From Patescibacteria group bacterium (GTDB lineage Bacteria; Patescibacteriota; Minisyncoccia; UBA6257; 1-14-0-10-40-38), in contig JBBTRX010000002.1 in the NCBI GenBank assembly GCA_038064975.1, positions 880 to 64,879 of the forward strand: 64,000 bases of DNA. The letters are read 5' to 3'. The translations under genes and the position numbers were made by a program. Shown piece after piece: positions 27,036 to 36,695 of the stretch (position 1 is the stretch's first letter; each line of letters starts with the position of its first letter). The notes below the pieces were generated by a model, which worked only from the letters and a program-made list of their open reading frames with translations, made no database searches and was not told where the DNA came from.

Positions 27036-27794
27036 TTATGAATTCTTTTTTGAAGCTTTCTTTGGTTTCTTCGGTTCATCCGAAGTTATTTTAGGTGTTT
27101 CAACTTCAATACCTGAAATTTTTTCGAAAGACTCTTTTAAAATCGCAGCTGAACGCTGGAATGCCTGGGATGGCGTGATGCTGCCGTCCGTAAGAATAAC
27201 AATGCGCATCCGATTATAGTCGGTGCGATCACCAACGCGCATGTTCTCAACCGTAAAATTAACATTGATAACTGGAGAAAAGATGGAGTCAACTGCAACA
27301 ACGCCGATAGGCAATTTTTCTGCCCGGCGCATTTCAGCGGGAACATATCCCAAGCCCTGCTCTACTGTGAGCTCCATTTCAAGTGTGAAAGATTTCTCAG
27401 TGACGGTAACGATGTGTACATCAGAATTAATAACTTCCACATTAGCATTGCCTTCAATGTTTTGAGCAGTAACCTTCCCCTCCCCTTTAAACTTTAATGT
27501 AAGGACTTGTGGTTCGGCTGTATGAATGCGAAAACGGACCCGTTTTAAATTCAACATGATTTCAACAACATCCTCGAGAATTCCCGGGACTGTGCTGAAT
27601 TCATGATTAATGCCTTTAATTTTAAACTGCGTAACTGCCGCTCCGGGAAGCGAAGAAAGTAATACCCGACGCAAAGCATTACCGATGGTAACGCCATATC
27701 CGGTGTATAAACCTTCAATCTCAAACACGCCCTCGCGATCGGTCTCGGAGATTTTCTTAATTCCTAATGTTTCGCTTAATTGTTCGTAGTGCAT
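27036..27794 (-). CDS. rpoA: DNA-directed RNA polymerase subunit alpha, N-terminal domain only (no alpha-CTD)
   Basis: 252 aa; alpha-NTD sequence (..GYGVTIGNALRRVLLSSLPGAAV..) but ends in a Lys-rich tail (..EPKKPKKASKKNS) where the about 85-aa alpha-CTD would normally follow. Confidence 0.85.
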   Translation of the reverse strand: MHYEQLSETLGIKKISETDREGVFEIEGLYTGYGVTIGNALRRVLLSSLPGAAVTQFKIKGINHEFSTVPGILEDVVEIMLNLKRVRFRIHTAEPQVLTLKFKGEGKVTAQNIEGNANVEVINSDVHIVTVTEKSFTLEMELTVEQGLGYVPAEMRRAEKLPIGVVAVDSIFSPVINVNFTVENMRVGDRTDYNRMRIVILTDGSITPSQAFQRSAAILKESFEKISGIEVETPKITSDEPKKPKKASKKNS

Positions 27795-27799
27795 ATGTG

Positions 27800-28423
27800 C
27801 TATTTTACGATTTTTGCATAATAATCGACGACTTTATTGACATCAAATGAGTCTTCAGTCTCCGAAGGCAGGCGCAGAACCTTTCCTTCTATCTTCGCAT
27901 CATCTATAGCAAGCCATTCCGGAGTCGTATAGTTTTTGAGTGTAGCAGAAAGATTTTGAAAAAGCGCGTAACCACTGGATTCTGGCCTAATAGTTATGAT
28001 ATCGCCGACCCGGACGCGATATGACGGGATCGTCATTTTTCGCCCATTAATCATGATGTGGCCATGTCCTACAAGCTGACGCCCGACAGATCGGGATGGA
28101 GCAATGCCGAGACGAAAAACTACGTTATCAAGGCGCCGTTCCAAAAGATGGATGATCGTGTCTCCCGTTACTGCAGGATTTTTCACCGCTTCACGGAAAA
28201 TGCGCTTCATATAGGAATCACGCAAACCATAGCTCCATTGGAACTTTTGCTTTTCCTGAAGCTGTTGGCCGAATTCAGAGAGAGCACGACGTCTGCGCTT
28301 ACCATGAAACCCTGGGCGGGAAGCTCGGCGGGTAAGAGCACATTTTGGAGAATTACAACGATGCGGCTTGGTAAAAAGCTTTACCCCTAACGCACGTTCT
28401 CTTTTTTCTTGAGTATTAAACAT
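27800..28423 (-). CDS. rpsD: 30S ribosomal protein S4
   Basis: 207 aa; N-terminal zinc-ribbon-like segment (CNSPKCALTRR), S4 RNA-binding domain (..RRLDNVVFRLG.., ..GHGHIMINGRK..). Confidence 0.9.
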   Translation of the reverse strand: MFNTQEKRERALGVKLFTKPHRCNSPKCALTRRASRPGFHGKRRRRALSEFGQQLQEKQKFQWSYGLRDSYMKRIFREAVKNPAVTGDTIIHLLERRLDNVVFRLGIAPSRSVGRQLVGHGHIMINGRKMTIPSYRVRVGDIITIRPESSGYALFQNLSATLKNYTTPEWLAIDDAKIEGKVLRLPSETEDSFDVNKVVDYYAKIVK

Positions 28424-28429
28424 GGCGTT

Positions 28430-28882
28430 TTAAATTCTTCGTACTTTTGGCGGGCGAGGACCATTGTGAGGAATAGGAGTGATGTCTTTTATGGAAAGAA
28501 TATTAAATCCCCTATTCGCAAGCGAACGGAGCGCGGAATCTCTTCCTCCTCCAATGCCGCTCACAAACACATGAACATTGACTGGTCCGGATTTCTGCAA
28601 TTTTTCTGCAAGCGCGGAAATTACTTTTGCTGAAGCGAAAGGAGTTGCCTTCTTGGGCCCGGTAAAACCAAGCGATCCGGCAGTACTCCAGGCAACAACA
28701 TTACCCTTTTCATCCGTAACGGTAATGACGGTATTGTTGTAGGACGCATTAACATAGACGCGTCCGTTCTCATACTTCTTACTCGCCGTTTTTCCGGCGG
28801 TTTTTTGGAATGCAACATCAAGAGTGTCTTTCTCCTTGAGTGCCTGTTCAGTTGTTTGTCGTGCGACTTTTTTCTTTCCCAT
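28430..28882 (-). CDS. rpsK: 30S ribosomal protein S11
   Basis: 150 aa; S11 core ..GRVYVNASYNNTVITVTDEKGNVVAWSTAG.. and C-terminal ..PHNGPRPPKVRRI. Confidence 0.9.
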   Translation of the reverse strand: MGKKKVARQTTEQALKEKDTLDVAFQKTAGKTASKKYENGRVYVNASYNNTVITVTDEKGNVVAWSTAGSLGFTGPKKATPFASAKVISALAEKLQKSGPVNVHVFVSGIGGGRDSALRSLANRGFNILSIKDITPIPHNGPRPPKVRRI

Positions 28883-28891
28883 ATTAATTCA

Positions 28892-29275
28892 TTACTTCAA
28901 TTCGACTTTCCGCTTTCCGCTTCCTGCGGTCTTACGCATATTACCCCGGACAGTTCGCGAATTTGTTTTAGTCCGTTGTCCACGTACAGGAAGTCGGCGC
29001 ATATGGCGCATGCCACGATATGACTGTATTTCTTTTAAAAGATTAATATTCTGCTTGATCATCTGCCGAAGCTCTCCTTCAACTTTGAATTTGGATTCAA
29101 TGGCTTTCTGAAGAGCGTTTAATTCATCGGCATTCAGATCTTTAGTCCGTTTGTTCGGATCAATTTTTGCAGTATGTAAAATTTCTTTAGCATGGGCAAG
29201 CCCGATGCCATAAATAGAAGTGAGCGCAATTTCAATGCGCTTCTGATCCGGAATATTTACGCCAACGATACGCAT
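28892..29275 (-). CDS. rpsM: 30S ribosomal protein S13
   Basis: 127 aa; S13 N-terminus MRIVGVNIPDQKRIEIALTSIYGIG and basic C-terminal tail. Confidence 0.9.
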   Translation of the reverse strand: MRIVGVNIPDQKRIEIALTSIYGIGLAHAKEILHTAKIDPNKRTKDLNADELNALQKAIESKFKVEGELRQMIKQNINLLKEIQSYRGMRHMRRLPVRGQRTKTNSRTVRGNMRKTAGSGKRKVELK

Positions 29276-29281
29276 ATAAGT

Positions 29282-29398
29282 TTATCCTTGTCTTTGTTTA
29301 TGTTTTTTTGTTCTGCACACAACATACACTCGCTTACCGCGGCGTACAACTTTGCATTGGCTGCAAATTTTTTTAACTGATGAACGGACTTTCATGCC
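29282..29398 (-). CDS. rpmJ: 50S ribosomal protein L36
   Basis: 38-aa [40 protein letters not shown], the canonical zinc-ribbon L36 sequence; not in the ORF track because it is short, found inside a longer frame. Confidence 0.85.
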   Translation of the reverse strand, partial: GMKVRSSVKKICSQCKVVRRGKRVYVVCRTKKHKQRQG

Positions 29399-29429
29399 GC
29401 TAGTGTTGTGTGTAAATAAAATATATCCC

Positions 29430-29645
29430 TTACAAACGCCGGACGATTCTTCCTCGGCTATCGTCATAAGGACTAAACTCGACGAGTACCTGATCTCCCG
29501 GCAAAATCCTAATGTAATGAATCCGCATTTTACCCGAGAGATGGGCAAGAACTTCGCGTCCATTTTCAAGCCGAACACGGAACATGGTAGCAGGAAGATT
29601 TTCCTCAACCACGCCTTGAAGGCGTTCTACGCCTTTATCTGCCAT
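29430..29645 (-). CDS. infA: translation initiation factor IF-1
   Basis: 71 aa; S1-like OB fold sequence ..[55 protein letters not shown]. Confidence 0.9.
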   Translation of the reverse strand: MADKGVERLQGVVEENLPATMFRVRLENGREVLAHLSGKMRIHYIRILPGDQVLVEFSPYDDSRGRIVRRL

Positions 29646-29722
29646 ATCCGGACTGTAATGGAGCTACTGGTGCGAAAAGCCACATAAGAATTGGAGTTCA
29701 ATGCTAGCACGCAGGGGCTTTT

Positions 29723-31279
29723 TTAGTCAAGAGTAACCGTGATTTTTTCGGTATTATCTGGAACTGACTGGACCCAAAACGGCCAAAATGAGATTTGAGC
29801 ACGTTCTAAACCCGGGAATGAGAAGACAATAGCCCTAATATCTGCCCCTGACTTTCCGGCTATTTTTCCCTTTAGGACCGTTTCGTCCACGGTTTTCGCA
29901 AGCATAACCTTATATTCCACCGGCAGTTCAAGCGCCCCCTCCTTAAGGAACTTCGGCTCGCCATAATCAATCCTGTCGTCAGCGACGGAGAAGGAATCCC
30001 CCGCCTCTGTAAGTGCCGTACCACGGAATGATTCTAAAAGATCAGACTCTTTGAAAACCATCGCAGAAAATTCCCCTTCTACGAATATTGAGAATTTCCC
30101 CTCAGCATCAACGGCAGGGTTAATGTCTTTTTTAGAAAGCGTAAATTGCGAAGCTCCGTCAATAAAACGGAAACCTGCGGGTAATTGCGAAATGAAAACT
30201 GCCTTAATAGATTCGCGGAGAGCATCCTCGGCTGATTTTTCTGCGGCAGTGAGATCAGCATCGGTCGGAAAAACTCCTGAGCCGATAAATCCCCCTGCCA
30301 TCGGCTCTTTTGAGGTCGCGTAGAATCCTTCGAATTTCTTACTACCTTTAAAACCTGGGATGGTTAACTTTTCTATGGGTCCCACATTATAGGTATCTCC
30401 CGGCTGATCAGCAAAGACAACCGCATCCACAGAACCGGGTTCAATTACTTTTCCAGCTTCAATTTTTGCACCGGGAACCGTAACAGCATTTTGAATACGA
30501 TAAATTTTCCCATCAGGAGCTTGGAAACGAGTCGTCGCAATTAATTGCTGAGCTTCAGATCCATGTGAGTTATAAATAGTAACCGTTCCTCGTGCTTTCC
30601 GCTCCACCTTCCCCTCTCCAGAAGCAGTAAAAGTAAAACTGCCGTTTTTTGCTTGACTAAAAACTTGTCCAAGAAGAATAAGATTATCTGTTTTAACAAT
30701 ATCCGGAGATTTCGCGACAACAACAACACTCGCATACGAGCGTTGTGATTTTTCTGTTGTGATATGCACGTTTGCCCGCGGAAGCACTCCCAACCCAACA
30801 AAAAGCATACTTGCTAAAATTGCGACGCTCCCTACGCCAATAATCGTTTTACCGCGAGAAGGAATTGAAGGAAGAAGCCTGCGCATTTTTTTCTCCCGAG
30901 GAGCTACATGATGATTACTTTCCTGATGATTACTGCCTTCACGAGCCTCATGATGACCCGCATAGCGATGTTCGGGACGGCGCGATGGAGCGATATCCGC
31001 CATATGCCCAGCTCCTTCGTTGCCAAAGAATGGATTAGTAGAAGTAAGGCCTTCCGACTCGCAAATTTCTAAAATATTTTCATCTACAGATTCAATAGAT
31101 AATGTTTTTCCCAAAGCTTCAGCCTCCCTTTTTAAAAGGCGAAGATGGGTAGGAGAAGATGCAAATTTTGAAAACCGGGGAATAGCAAGTGTAATGTCCG
31201 TGCTCGGAGTATCAATAATCCTTTCCGCAACGATCGTAACTTCATCGTCTTTATGTATGATGATTTTTGTCCGTTCCAT
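29723..31279 (-). CDS. hypothetical bitopic membrane protein (about 140-aa cytoplasmic N-domain, His-rich linker, one TM helix, about 350-aa extracytoplasmic domain)
   Basis: 518-aa ORF; single strong hydrophobic helix TIIGVGSVAILASMLFVGLGVL mid-sequence; His/Glu-rich low-complexity linker before it; no family recognised; co-oriented immediately downstream of 31301..32491. Confidence 0.4.
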   Translation of the reverse strand: MERTKIIIHKDDEVTIVAERIIDTPSTDITLAIPRFSKFASSPTHLRLLKREAEALGKTLSIESVDENILEICESEGLTSTNPFFGNEGAGHMADIAPSRRPEHRYAGHHEAREGSNHQESNHHVAPREKKMRRLLPSIPSRGKTIIGVGSVAILASMLFVGLGVLPRANVHITTEKSQRSYASVVVVAKSPDIVKTDNLILLGQVFSQAKNGSFTFTASGEGKVERKARGTVTIYNSHGSEAQQLIATTRFQAPDGKIYRIQNAVTVPGAKIEAGKVIEPGSVDAVVFADQPGDTYNVGPIEKLTIPGFKGSKKFEGFYATSKEPMAGGFIGSGVFPTDADLTAAEKSAEDALRESIKAVFISQLPAGFRFIDGASQFTLSKKDINPAVDAEGKFSIFVEGEFSAMVFKESDLLESFRGTALTEAGDSFSVADDRIDYGEPKFLKEGALELPVEYKVMLAKTVDETVLKGKIAGKSGADIRAIVFSFPGLERAQISFWPFWVQSVPDNTEKITVTLD

Positions 31280-31300
31280 AGTGAGTAACCCTTAATAATA

Positions 31301-32491
31301 TTAGTGAACGAGCCAGCGCGCATGCCGGCGAGCTATTCTGCTCATTGTATCATCCGAATGCGAAAAATAGAAATCAACAAGAGGAGCAAATGTCCCCAGG
31401 TCTAAGCGATGCCCTAATGGTTCTATCGTAAGGCCAAGTTTCTGCGCTACGTGATGAGCATCAATCAGCGTAACGCTAAGGCGTGGATTGATAAGCTCCG
31501 TAAATTTACGGGAGAGAATGATATCTGGGACAGCAAGGTTTATTGAAAGGTAAATATTGGGCACCGAATGAGTAAGATAGGCAGCTCGCATTGCTTCAAA
31601 AAGCCCCGCGAATGCCATTTCCACCACTTTACTGAATCGGAGCGCCACAGGCTTGCTCATGCGATTTGTATTATAACGATGTAATATCTCCTCCGCGACG
31701 CTGCCACTCACTGAAAATACTTCTCCAATCGTGCGCACAACATCATTTTTCCCCCACGGAAAAGATCCGACGGAAACCGTGCCATGCTCATTGGTAAATG
31801 TAGTAATTGTATTTCGATCCAAAACCCGAAGAAAGAGAAAAGAAGACGGCGCCACAACTCTCCGAATCGCCTCCGCCTCCATGACTGCATTTTCTCCCAT
31901 CAGCCGCACCGCATTCCCCGGAATGATGTGTCGCAACTCAGCGGCAAAAAGCCGCGGCATAAAAGTCTGGCTCACGTGCATGCCGATTTCTTGAGCATGG
32001 AACCCAACCGGATTAATAACCTTATGTCCATCCAACCGCACCTCTTTAATACGAACGTCTGTGGGTAAGACTTCAAGATCGTTGACTGACATTTTGAGCG
32101 CAGCCCTACTCCGCTCCCGATCAAATACTTTCCAAATACCCTGACCAATACGATTATCCAAATCACTCACGTCAACGGGGATCGATGAATCTTCCCGCGC
32201 AAGCACGACGGGCGCATGAATGGTCGTCGCAAACATGGGATCCAAGCTTACGATAATTTCATACTCACCCATTTTGTTCACGTTCCGACATAGTTCGGAA
32301 ACCGCATCAATCACCGTTGAAGTGCGCGCATCCGAATAGGAGCGCATAACCGGAGTTCCGCAAACAATTTTATTTTCAGCGCTATGAATTCGGTACGGAG
32401 TGCACCGGGTATATTCCCGCATAATTTCAATAACGAGATACTTTTTCCCGCGGCGCATCCAAGGAAGTTGAGTAAGAAAATTCTGTTTCAC
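31301..32491 (-). CDS. hypothetical protein, possibly a divergent actin-fold ATPase of the FtsA/PilM type (tentative)
   Basis: 396-aa ORF; segments LVIEIMREYTRCTPYRI and FLFLRVLDRNTITTFTNEHGTVSVG are spaced like the phosphate-1 and phosphate-2 motifs of FtsA/PilM but with degenerate residues; guess only. Confidence 0.3.
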   Translation of the reverse strand: MKQNFLTQLPWMRRGKKYLVIEIMREYTRCTPYRIHSAENKIVCGTPVMRSYSDARTSTVIDAVSELCRNVNKMGEYEIIVSLDPMFATTIHAPVVLAREDSSIPVDVSDLDNRIGQGIWKVFDRERSRAALKMSVNDLEVLPTDVRIKEVRLDGHKVINPVGFHAQEIGMHVSQTFMPRLFAAELRHIIPGNAVRLMGENAVMEAEAIRRVVAPSSFLFLRVLDRNTITTFTNEHGTVSVGSFPWGKNDVVRTIGEVFSVSGSVAEEILHRYNTNRMSKPVALRFSKVVEMAFAGLFEAMRAAYLTHSVPNIYLSINLAVPDIILSRKFTELINPRLSVTLIDAHHVAQKLGLTIEPLGHRLDLGTFAPLVDFYFSHSDDTMSRIARRHARWLVH

Positions 32492-32618
32492 CTTTCTATT
32501 ATAAAGGAATAATCAAATTTGTCGTTATCCATATGCCATCCCAGTAGGGATATTTTCACAAATGTCCTTCTTATAGCTTTTTGAGAAAAGGATATGCGAG
32601 CGTATACTAATACCCATC

Positions 32619-33491
32619 ATGAAGGAACTACTACTTATAGATACCCACGCACTCGTACATCGATTTTTTCACGCTCTCCCACCGCTCACTGCCCGAGACG
32701 GCTCCCCCGCCCAGGCGCTCTTTGGCGTTTCGCGAGTTCTTCTCTCTATCCTTCTTAAAGAACAGCCGGATTATGTTGCCGCCGCGCTTGATCGGCCCGA
32801 AACAACAATACGAAAGACCCAATTTGCCGAATACAAGGCACATAGGGCACCGACTGCAGATGCCTTAATCAGCCAGATCAAACAGATACCCGAATTACTT
32901 AAAACATTTCGCGTCCCAACGTTTTCCATGGCGGGATATGAAGCAGATGACGTTATCGGCACACTCGCGACGCGGTTTTCTTCTGCGCCAGATCTCCGCA
33001 TCGCGATTCTTTCGGGAGATCTGGATTTGCTCCAACTGGTCCGCGACGATCATGTCGTCGTCCATATTCTGAAAAGCGGGCTTGAAAATACTATGCTCTA
33101 CAACGAACCAGCCGTGCGAACGCGATACGAATTAAATCCGCAACAGCTCATTGATTACAAAGGCCTCGTCGGAGACACATCAGATAATATTCCCGGAGTT
33201 CCAGGGATTGGACCGAAAAATGCAAAAGATCTCTTGCGGGAATTCGGAACACTGGAGGAAATTTTTGAAAATCTTCCGCTGATCAAATCAACGATTTCAA
33301 CAAAGCTAAGCGAAGCGCGGGACCAAGCGTTTCTTTCCCGTAATCTTGCGACTATTGAAACGAAAATGCCCATTCCGGCATGTGAACTTTCAGAACTTGC
33401 CCGAAAACCAATCCCCAAAAAAGATTTGATGGCGTATTTTGAAAAACTCGGTTTTCAAAGTCTAATTAAGCAGATTGAAAACATAACCTAA
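32619..33491 (+). CDS. 5'-3' exonuclease (FEN-like; stand-alone homolog of the Pol I N-terminal domain)
   Basis: 290 aa; PIN-like metal-binding region (..LLIDTHALVHRFFHAL.., ..GYEADDVIGTLA..), H3TH motif (..GLVGDTSDNIPGVPGIGPKNAKDLL..); no polymerase domain follows. Confidence 0.8.
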   Translation: MKELLLIDTHALVHRFFHALPPLTARDGSPAQALFGVSRVLLSILLKEQPDYVAAALDRPETTIRKTQFAEYKAHRAPTADALISQIKQIPELLKTFRVPTFSMAGYEADDVIGTLATRFSSAPDLRIAILSGDLDLLQLVRDDHVVVHILKSGLENTMLYNEPAVRTRYELNPQQLIDYKGLVGDTSDNIPGVPGIGPKNAKDLLREFGTLEEIFENLPLIKSTISTKLSEARDQAFLSRNLATIETKMPIPACELSELARKPIPKKDLMAYFEKLGFQSLIKQIENIT

Positions 33492-33518
33492 GCCTTCGTG
33501 ATAGACTGAAAAGCGGGT

Positions 33519-34817
33519 ATGAAGCGTATCTTTGCAAATTTAAATTGGCTCCTTTTCCTTCTGGTTGCCGCTTCGGCATCAATCAGTTTTTTTTATTTTG
33601 AAAATCCATTTTGGCTTATTTTAGAAATAGCTTTGCTTATTTCTATTACTATTCTAGTAGTTTTCAAAACGACTACAGCAGATCGGGCAGAACGTGGGCT
33701 TTTGCGCGAACGAGAACGCCTTACCGCAATCATAGAAAATCTCCATGACGGCGTCATGGTGTATGACCAAAATTTCCGCGTCGCAGTATTTAATAAAGCA
33801 GCGCAGGAAATTTTCGGCGTGTCTTCGGATGAAGTTATCGGAAAATCATTCACACTTAAAGTCCGCGAAGAACATTCCGATAAGCTAAAGCCCCTCCTCA
33901 CCATACTCTTCCCAGCGCTTGCACCCGCAATCGTACGCGTATCAGAGCCGGGATCCTATCCACAGATATTTGATATATCATTTGATAATCCCTCTATGGA
34001 ACTCCGTGTTTCTACGAACCGTATTATGGACGAAAAAGGAAATGTACTCGGATTTATTAAACTTATCCACGACCGCACGCGCGAGCTCGCACTTCTCCGC
34101 TCAAAGGGAGAATTTATTGCAATCGCATCTCACCAGCTTCGCACCCCACTCACCGCAATCAATTGGTCAATGGAAAATTTGCACGCAGAGCCGCTCACAG
34201 AAACCCAGCAAGAATTAGTTCGTAAAACCACGGCATCCGTAAACCGCTTACTCAAAATCACCGAAGACTTGCTTGATGTCGCAAAAATTGAGGAAGGACA
34301 ATTTGGATACCACTTCCAGGACGAGAACATTGTCGCCTTTATAGAGGAAGCGCTCCGCCAAGCCGATCCTGTCGCGAAGGCATATCGCGTTAAGCTGTAT
34401 TTCGAAAAGACATCCGAAACTATGCCAGTCACTATAGACATCCAACGTCTTGGCCTCGCGATTTCAAATATTCTAGACAACGCTGTGAAATACAATATTC
34501 CTAACGGCGAAGTAGCAGTAAAAATAGAGAAGATGAAAGACAAGCCCTATATTGTTGTGAGCGTCCGCGACACCGGCATCGGCATTCCGGAAAATCAAAT
34601 CCAATATCTCTTTACCCGATTCTTCAGAGCTGATAATGCCGTGAAAATAAAAACAGAAGGTACCGGCCTGGGCCTCTATATTGCAAAAAACATTATCCGC
34701 AGACATGGTGGACAGATTTGGGCAAAGTCCGCAGTAAACCGCGGCACGACGATGTACTTTACGCTTCCTACTAATCCAACCTTGATCCCGCCTAAAGAAT
34801 TTATCTACGAAGAATAG
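33519..34817 (+). CDS. sensor histidine kinase (2 TM helices, PAS-like domain, HisKA plus HATPase_c)
   Basis: 432 aa; H-box ASHQLRTPLTAINWSME, N-box/G-boxes (..ILDNAVKYN.., ..DTGIGIP.., ..GTGLGLYIAKNII..); no response regulator gene in the window. Confidence 0.8.
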   Translation: MKRIFANLNWLLFLLVAASASISFFYFENPFWLILEIALLISITILVVFKTTTADRAERGLLRERERLTAIIENLHDGVMVYDQNFRVAVFNKAAQEIFGVSSDEVIGKSFTLKVREEHSDKLKPLLTILFPALAPAIVRVSEPGSYPQIFDISFDNPSMELRVSTNRIMDEKGNVLGFIKLIHDRTRELALLRSKGEFIAIASHQLRTPLTAINWSMENLHAEPLTETQQELVRKTTASVNRLLKITEDLLDVAKIEEGQFGYHFQDENIVAFIEEALRQADPVAKAYRVKLYFEKTSETMPVTIDIQRLGLAISNILDNAVKYNIPNGEVAVKIEKMKDKPYIVVSVRDTGIGIPENQIQYLFTRFFRADNAVKIKTEGTGLGLYIAKNIIRRHGGQIWAKSAVNRGTTMYFTLPTNPTLIPPKEFIYEE

Positions 34818-34972
34818 TCGCTCGCAAAGGAAGAAGATTATTAAAATACGCTCACCCTCGTTTCCGAGAGAGAGCGTAATTGATCACCTCCTTTCCGCCT
34901 CGGTCAGTCCCGAGAATACAAGGCAAGGAATATATAAACAGAACGAGTCCTGTACTCAAGTATACCAAAGCA

Positions 34973-36688
34973 CTACGGCATGACAATACCTCTTATCCTC
35001 CGCACCCCAGAACCAACCGCTTCTTCTTTGGCAATTTTAAATGTTCCAATTTCTCCCGTATGTGTAACATGGGGACCACCGCAGAATTCTTTTGAGAATG
35101 CGGTTTCCAAAGATTTTCCAGCAAAATAGACTTTTACTTTTTCCGGATATTTTTCTTTAAAGAAATAAAGTGCTCCCGTTTTTTCTGCTTCTTCTTTAGA
35201 CATTTCTTTATACTGCATTGGGACATCTTCTTGAATCACACCGTTTACAAGTGATTCTACATTTTTAACTTCTTCAGGAGTTAGTTTACGCGGAAACGAA
35301 AAATCAAACCGTGCGCGCTCTACGGTAATATCTGATCCTTTCTGTGAAACTTCAGAACCCAAAACTTTGCGAAGCGCCGCTTGGAGTAAATGCGTAGCCG
35401 TATGAAGTCGCGTTACTTTCTTGAGCTCGTCTTCATCTTTTGCTTTAAGCTCTCCGGTATTGAGGATGAGTCCGTGCCCGCCGAATTTTTTCTCCTGCCC
35501 CGCGCGAGAGATTTCTTGATGTCGCTTGAATTCTTCATCAAACGCTTCACGAGTAAGCTCGCTCGCTTTTACTCCCCCAACTTCTTTGATAATCTCGTAT
35601 GGCAATCCAAATGTTTCATAAATCTTAAACGCATTCGCAGCATTTACAGAAGAAATTTTTTCGAGCTCCTTTAATCCAACCGCAAGCGTTTTAGAGAATT
35701 TTTCTCGTTCCTCTTGATAGACGTCGTGAATCGTATTGAGTACAAGATTTCTATATGTTGATTGATATTCTTTTACGACAATATCAAAACGAGGTTCAAG
35801 CCCCCCTCCAAGGCCGTACACCATAAGACGACGCATTAATCGTCTCAATACATATCCTGCTTCTTTATTTGAAGGACGTACGCCGTCAGAAATTAAAAAT
35901 GAAATGCCACGAATATGATCAGCAAAAATTCTTCCTATTCGTTCGTCTATGTCATGAGGCAAAGAATTGAAAATTGACTGAAATAAATCAGTTTCAAAAA
36001 TTGTGGAAACGTTTTGCGAAACCATAGCCAAGCGCTCCAGCCCCATACCCGTATCAATACCGGGCGTTTTCAAATCTGTAAGTTTTCCACTCGCATCTTG
36101 ATAGTATTGGTTAAAAACCACATTCCAAATTTCTACTGATTTTCCCGCAGAGTTTTTTACATAGATTTCCGTGGTTGGTCCGCATGGCCCCTCACTCCCC
36201 GTCGGTCCCCAAAAGTTATCCGCTCGCCCCATTTTCTTTACAACGATATTTGAATCAAGTGATTTCCAAATCTTTTCAGATTCCATATCAGCTGGAACAT
36301 TATCCTCTCCCGCAAAAACAGAAACATAGTCAATTTTGAGCCTCATCACATCAGTAATAAATTCATGAGCATATTGAATAGCTTCTTTTTTAAAATAGCC
36401 ACCAAAACTAAAGTTCCCCAACATTTCAAAGAACGTGAGGTGCGACTCATCCCCTACTTCATCAATATCAGACGTGCGAAATGATTTTTGGATAGACGTC
36501 GTGCTCTGTGCACCAAAATCATGTTCTGCATCAAGCTCACCCGTAAAATACTTTTTAAACTGTTGCATCCCCGCGGTAGTCAAAAGCACCGAAGGATCAT
36601 CCGGAATAAGCGAAGACGAAGGCACGACAGCGTGCCCCTTGGACTTAAAAAATGCTAAGAATTTCTCTCGTATCTCTTGAGAAGACAT
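34973..36688 (-). CDS. alaS: alanine--tRNA ligase, short form (catalytic, tRNA-recognition and editing domains; no C-Ala domain)
   Basis: about 571 aa from Met MSSQEIREKFLAFFKSKGH; class II AlaRS N-terminal motifs (..FEMLGNFSFGGYFK..), editing-domain Zn motif (HTATHLL.., ..CGGPHVTHTGEIG..); start chosen downstream of an in-frame promoter (see promoter feature). Confidence 0.82.
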   Translation of the reverse strand: MSSQEIREKFLAFFKSKGHAVVPSSSLIPDDPSVLLTTAGMQQFKKYFTGELDAEHDFGAQSTTSIQKSFRTSDIDEVGDESHLTFFEMLGNFSFGGYFKKEAIQYAHEFITDVMRLKIDYVSVFAGEDNVPADMESEKIWKSLDSNIVVKKMGRADNFWGPTGSEGPCGPTTEIYVKNSAGKSVEIWNVVFNQYYQDASGKLTDLKTPGIDTGMGLERLAMVSQNVSTIFETDLFQSIFNSLPHDIDERIGRIFADHIRGISFLISDGVRPSNKEAGYVLRRLMRRLMVYGLGGGLEPRFDIVVKEYQSTYRNLVLNTIHDVYQEEREKFSKTLAVGLKELEKISSVNAANAFKIYETFGLPYEIIKEVGGVKASELTREAFDEEFKRHQEISRAGQEKKFGGHGLILNTGELKAKDEDELKKVTRLHTATHLLQAALRKVLGSEVSQKGSDITVERARFDFSFPRKLTPEEVKNVESLVNGVIQEDVPMQYKEMSKEEAEKTGALYFFKEKYPEKVKVYFAGKSLETAFSKEFCGGPHVTHTGEIGTFKIAKEEAVGSGVRRIRGIVMP

Positions 36689-36695
36689 AAATGCA

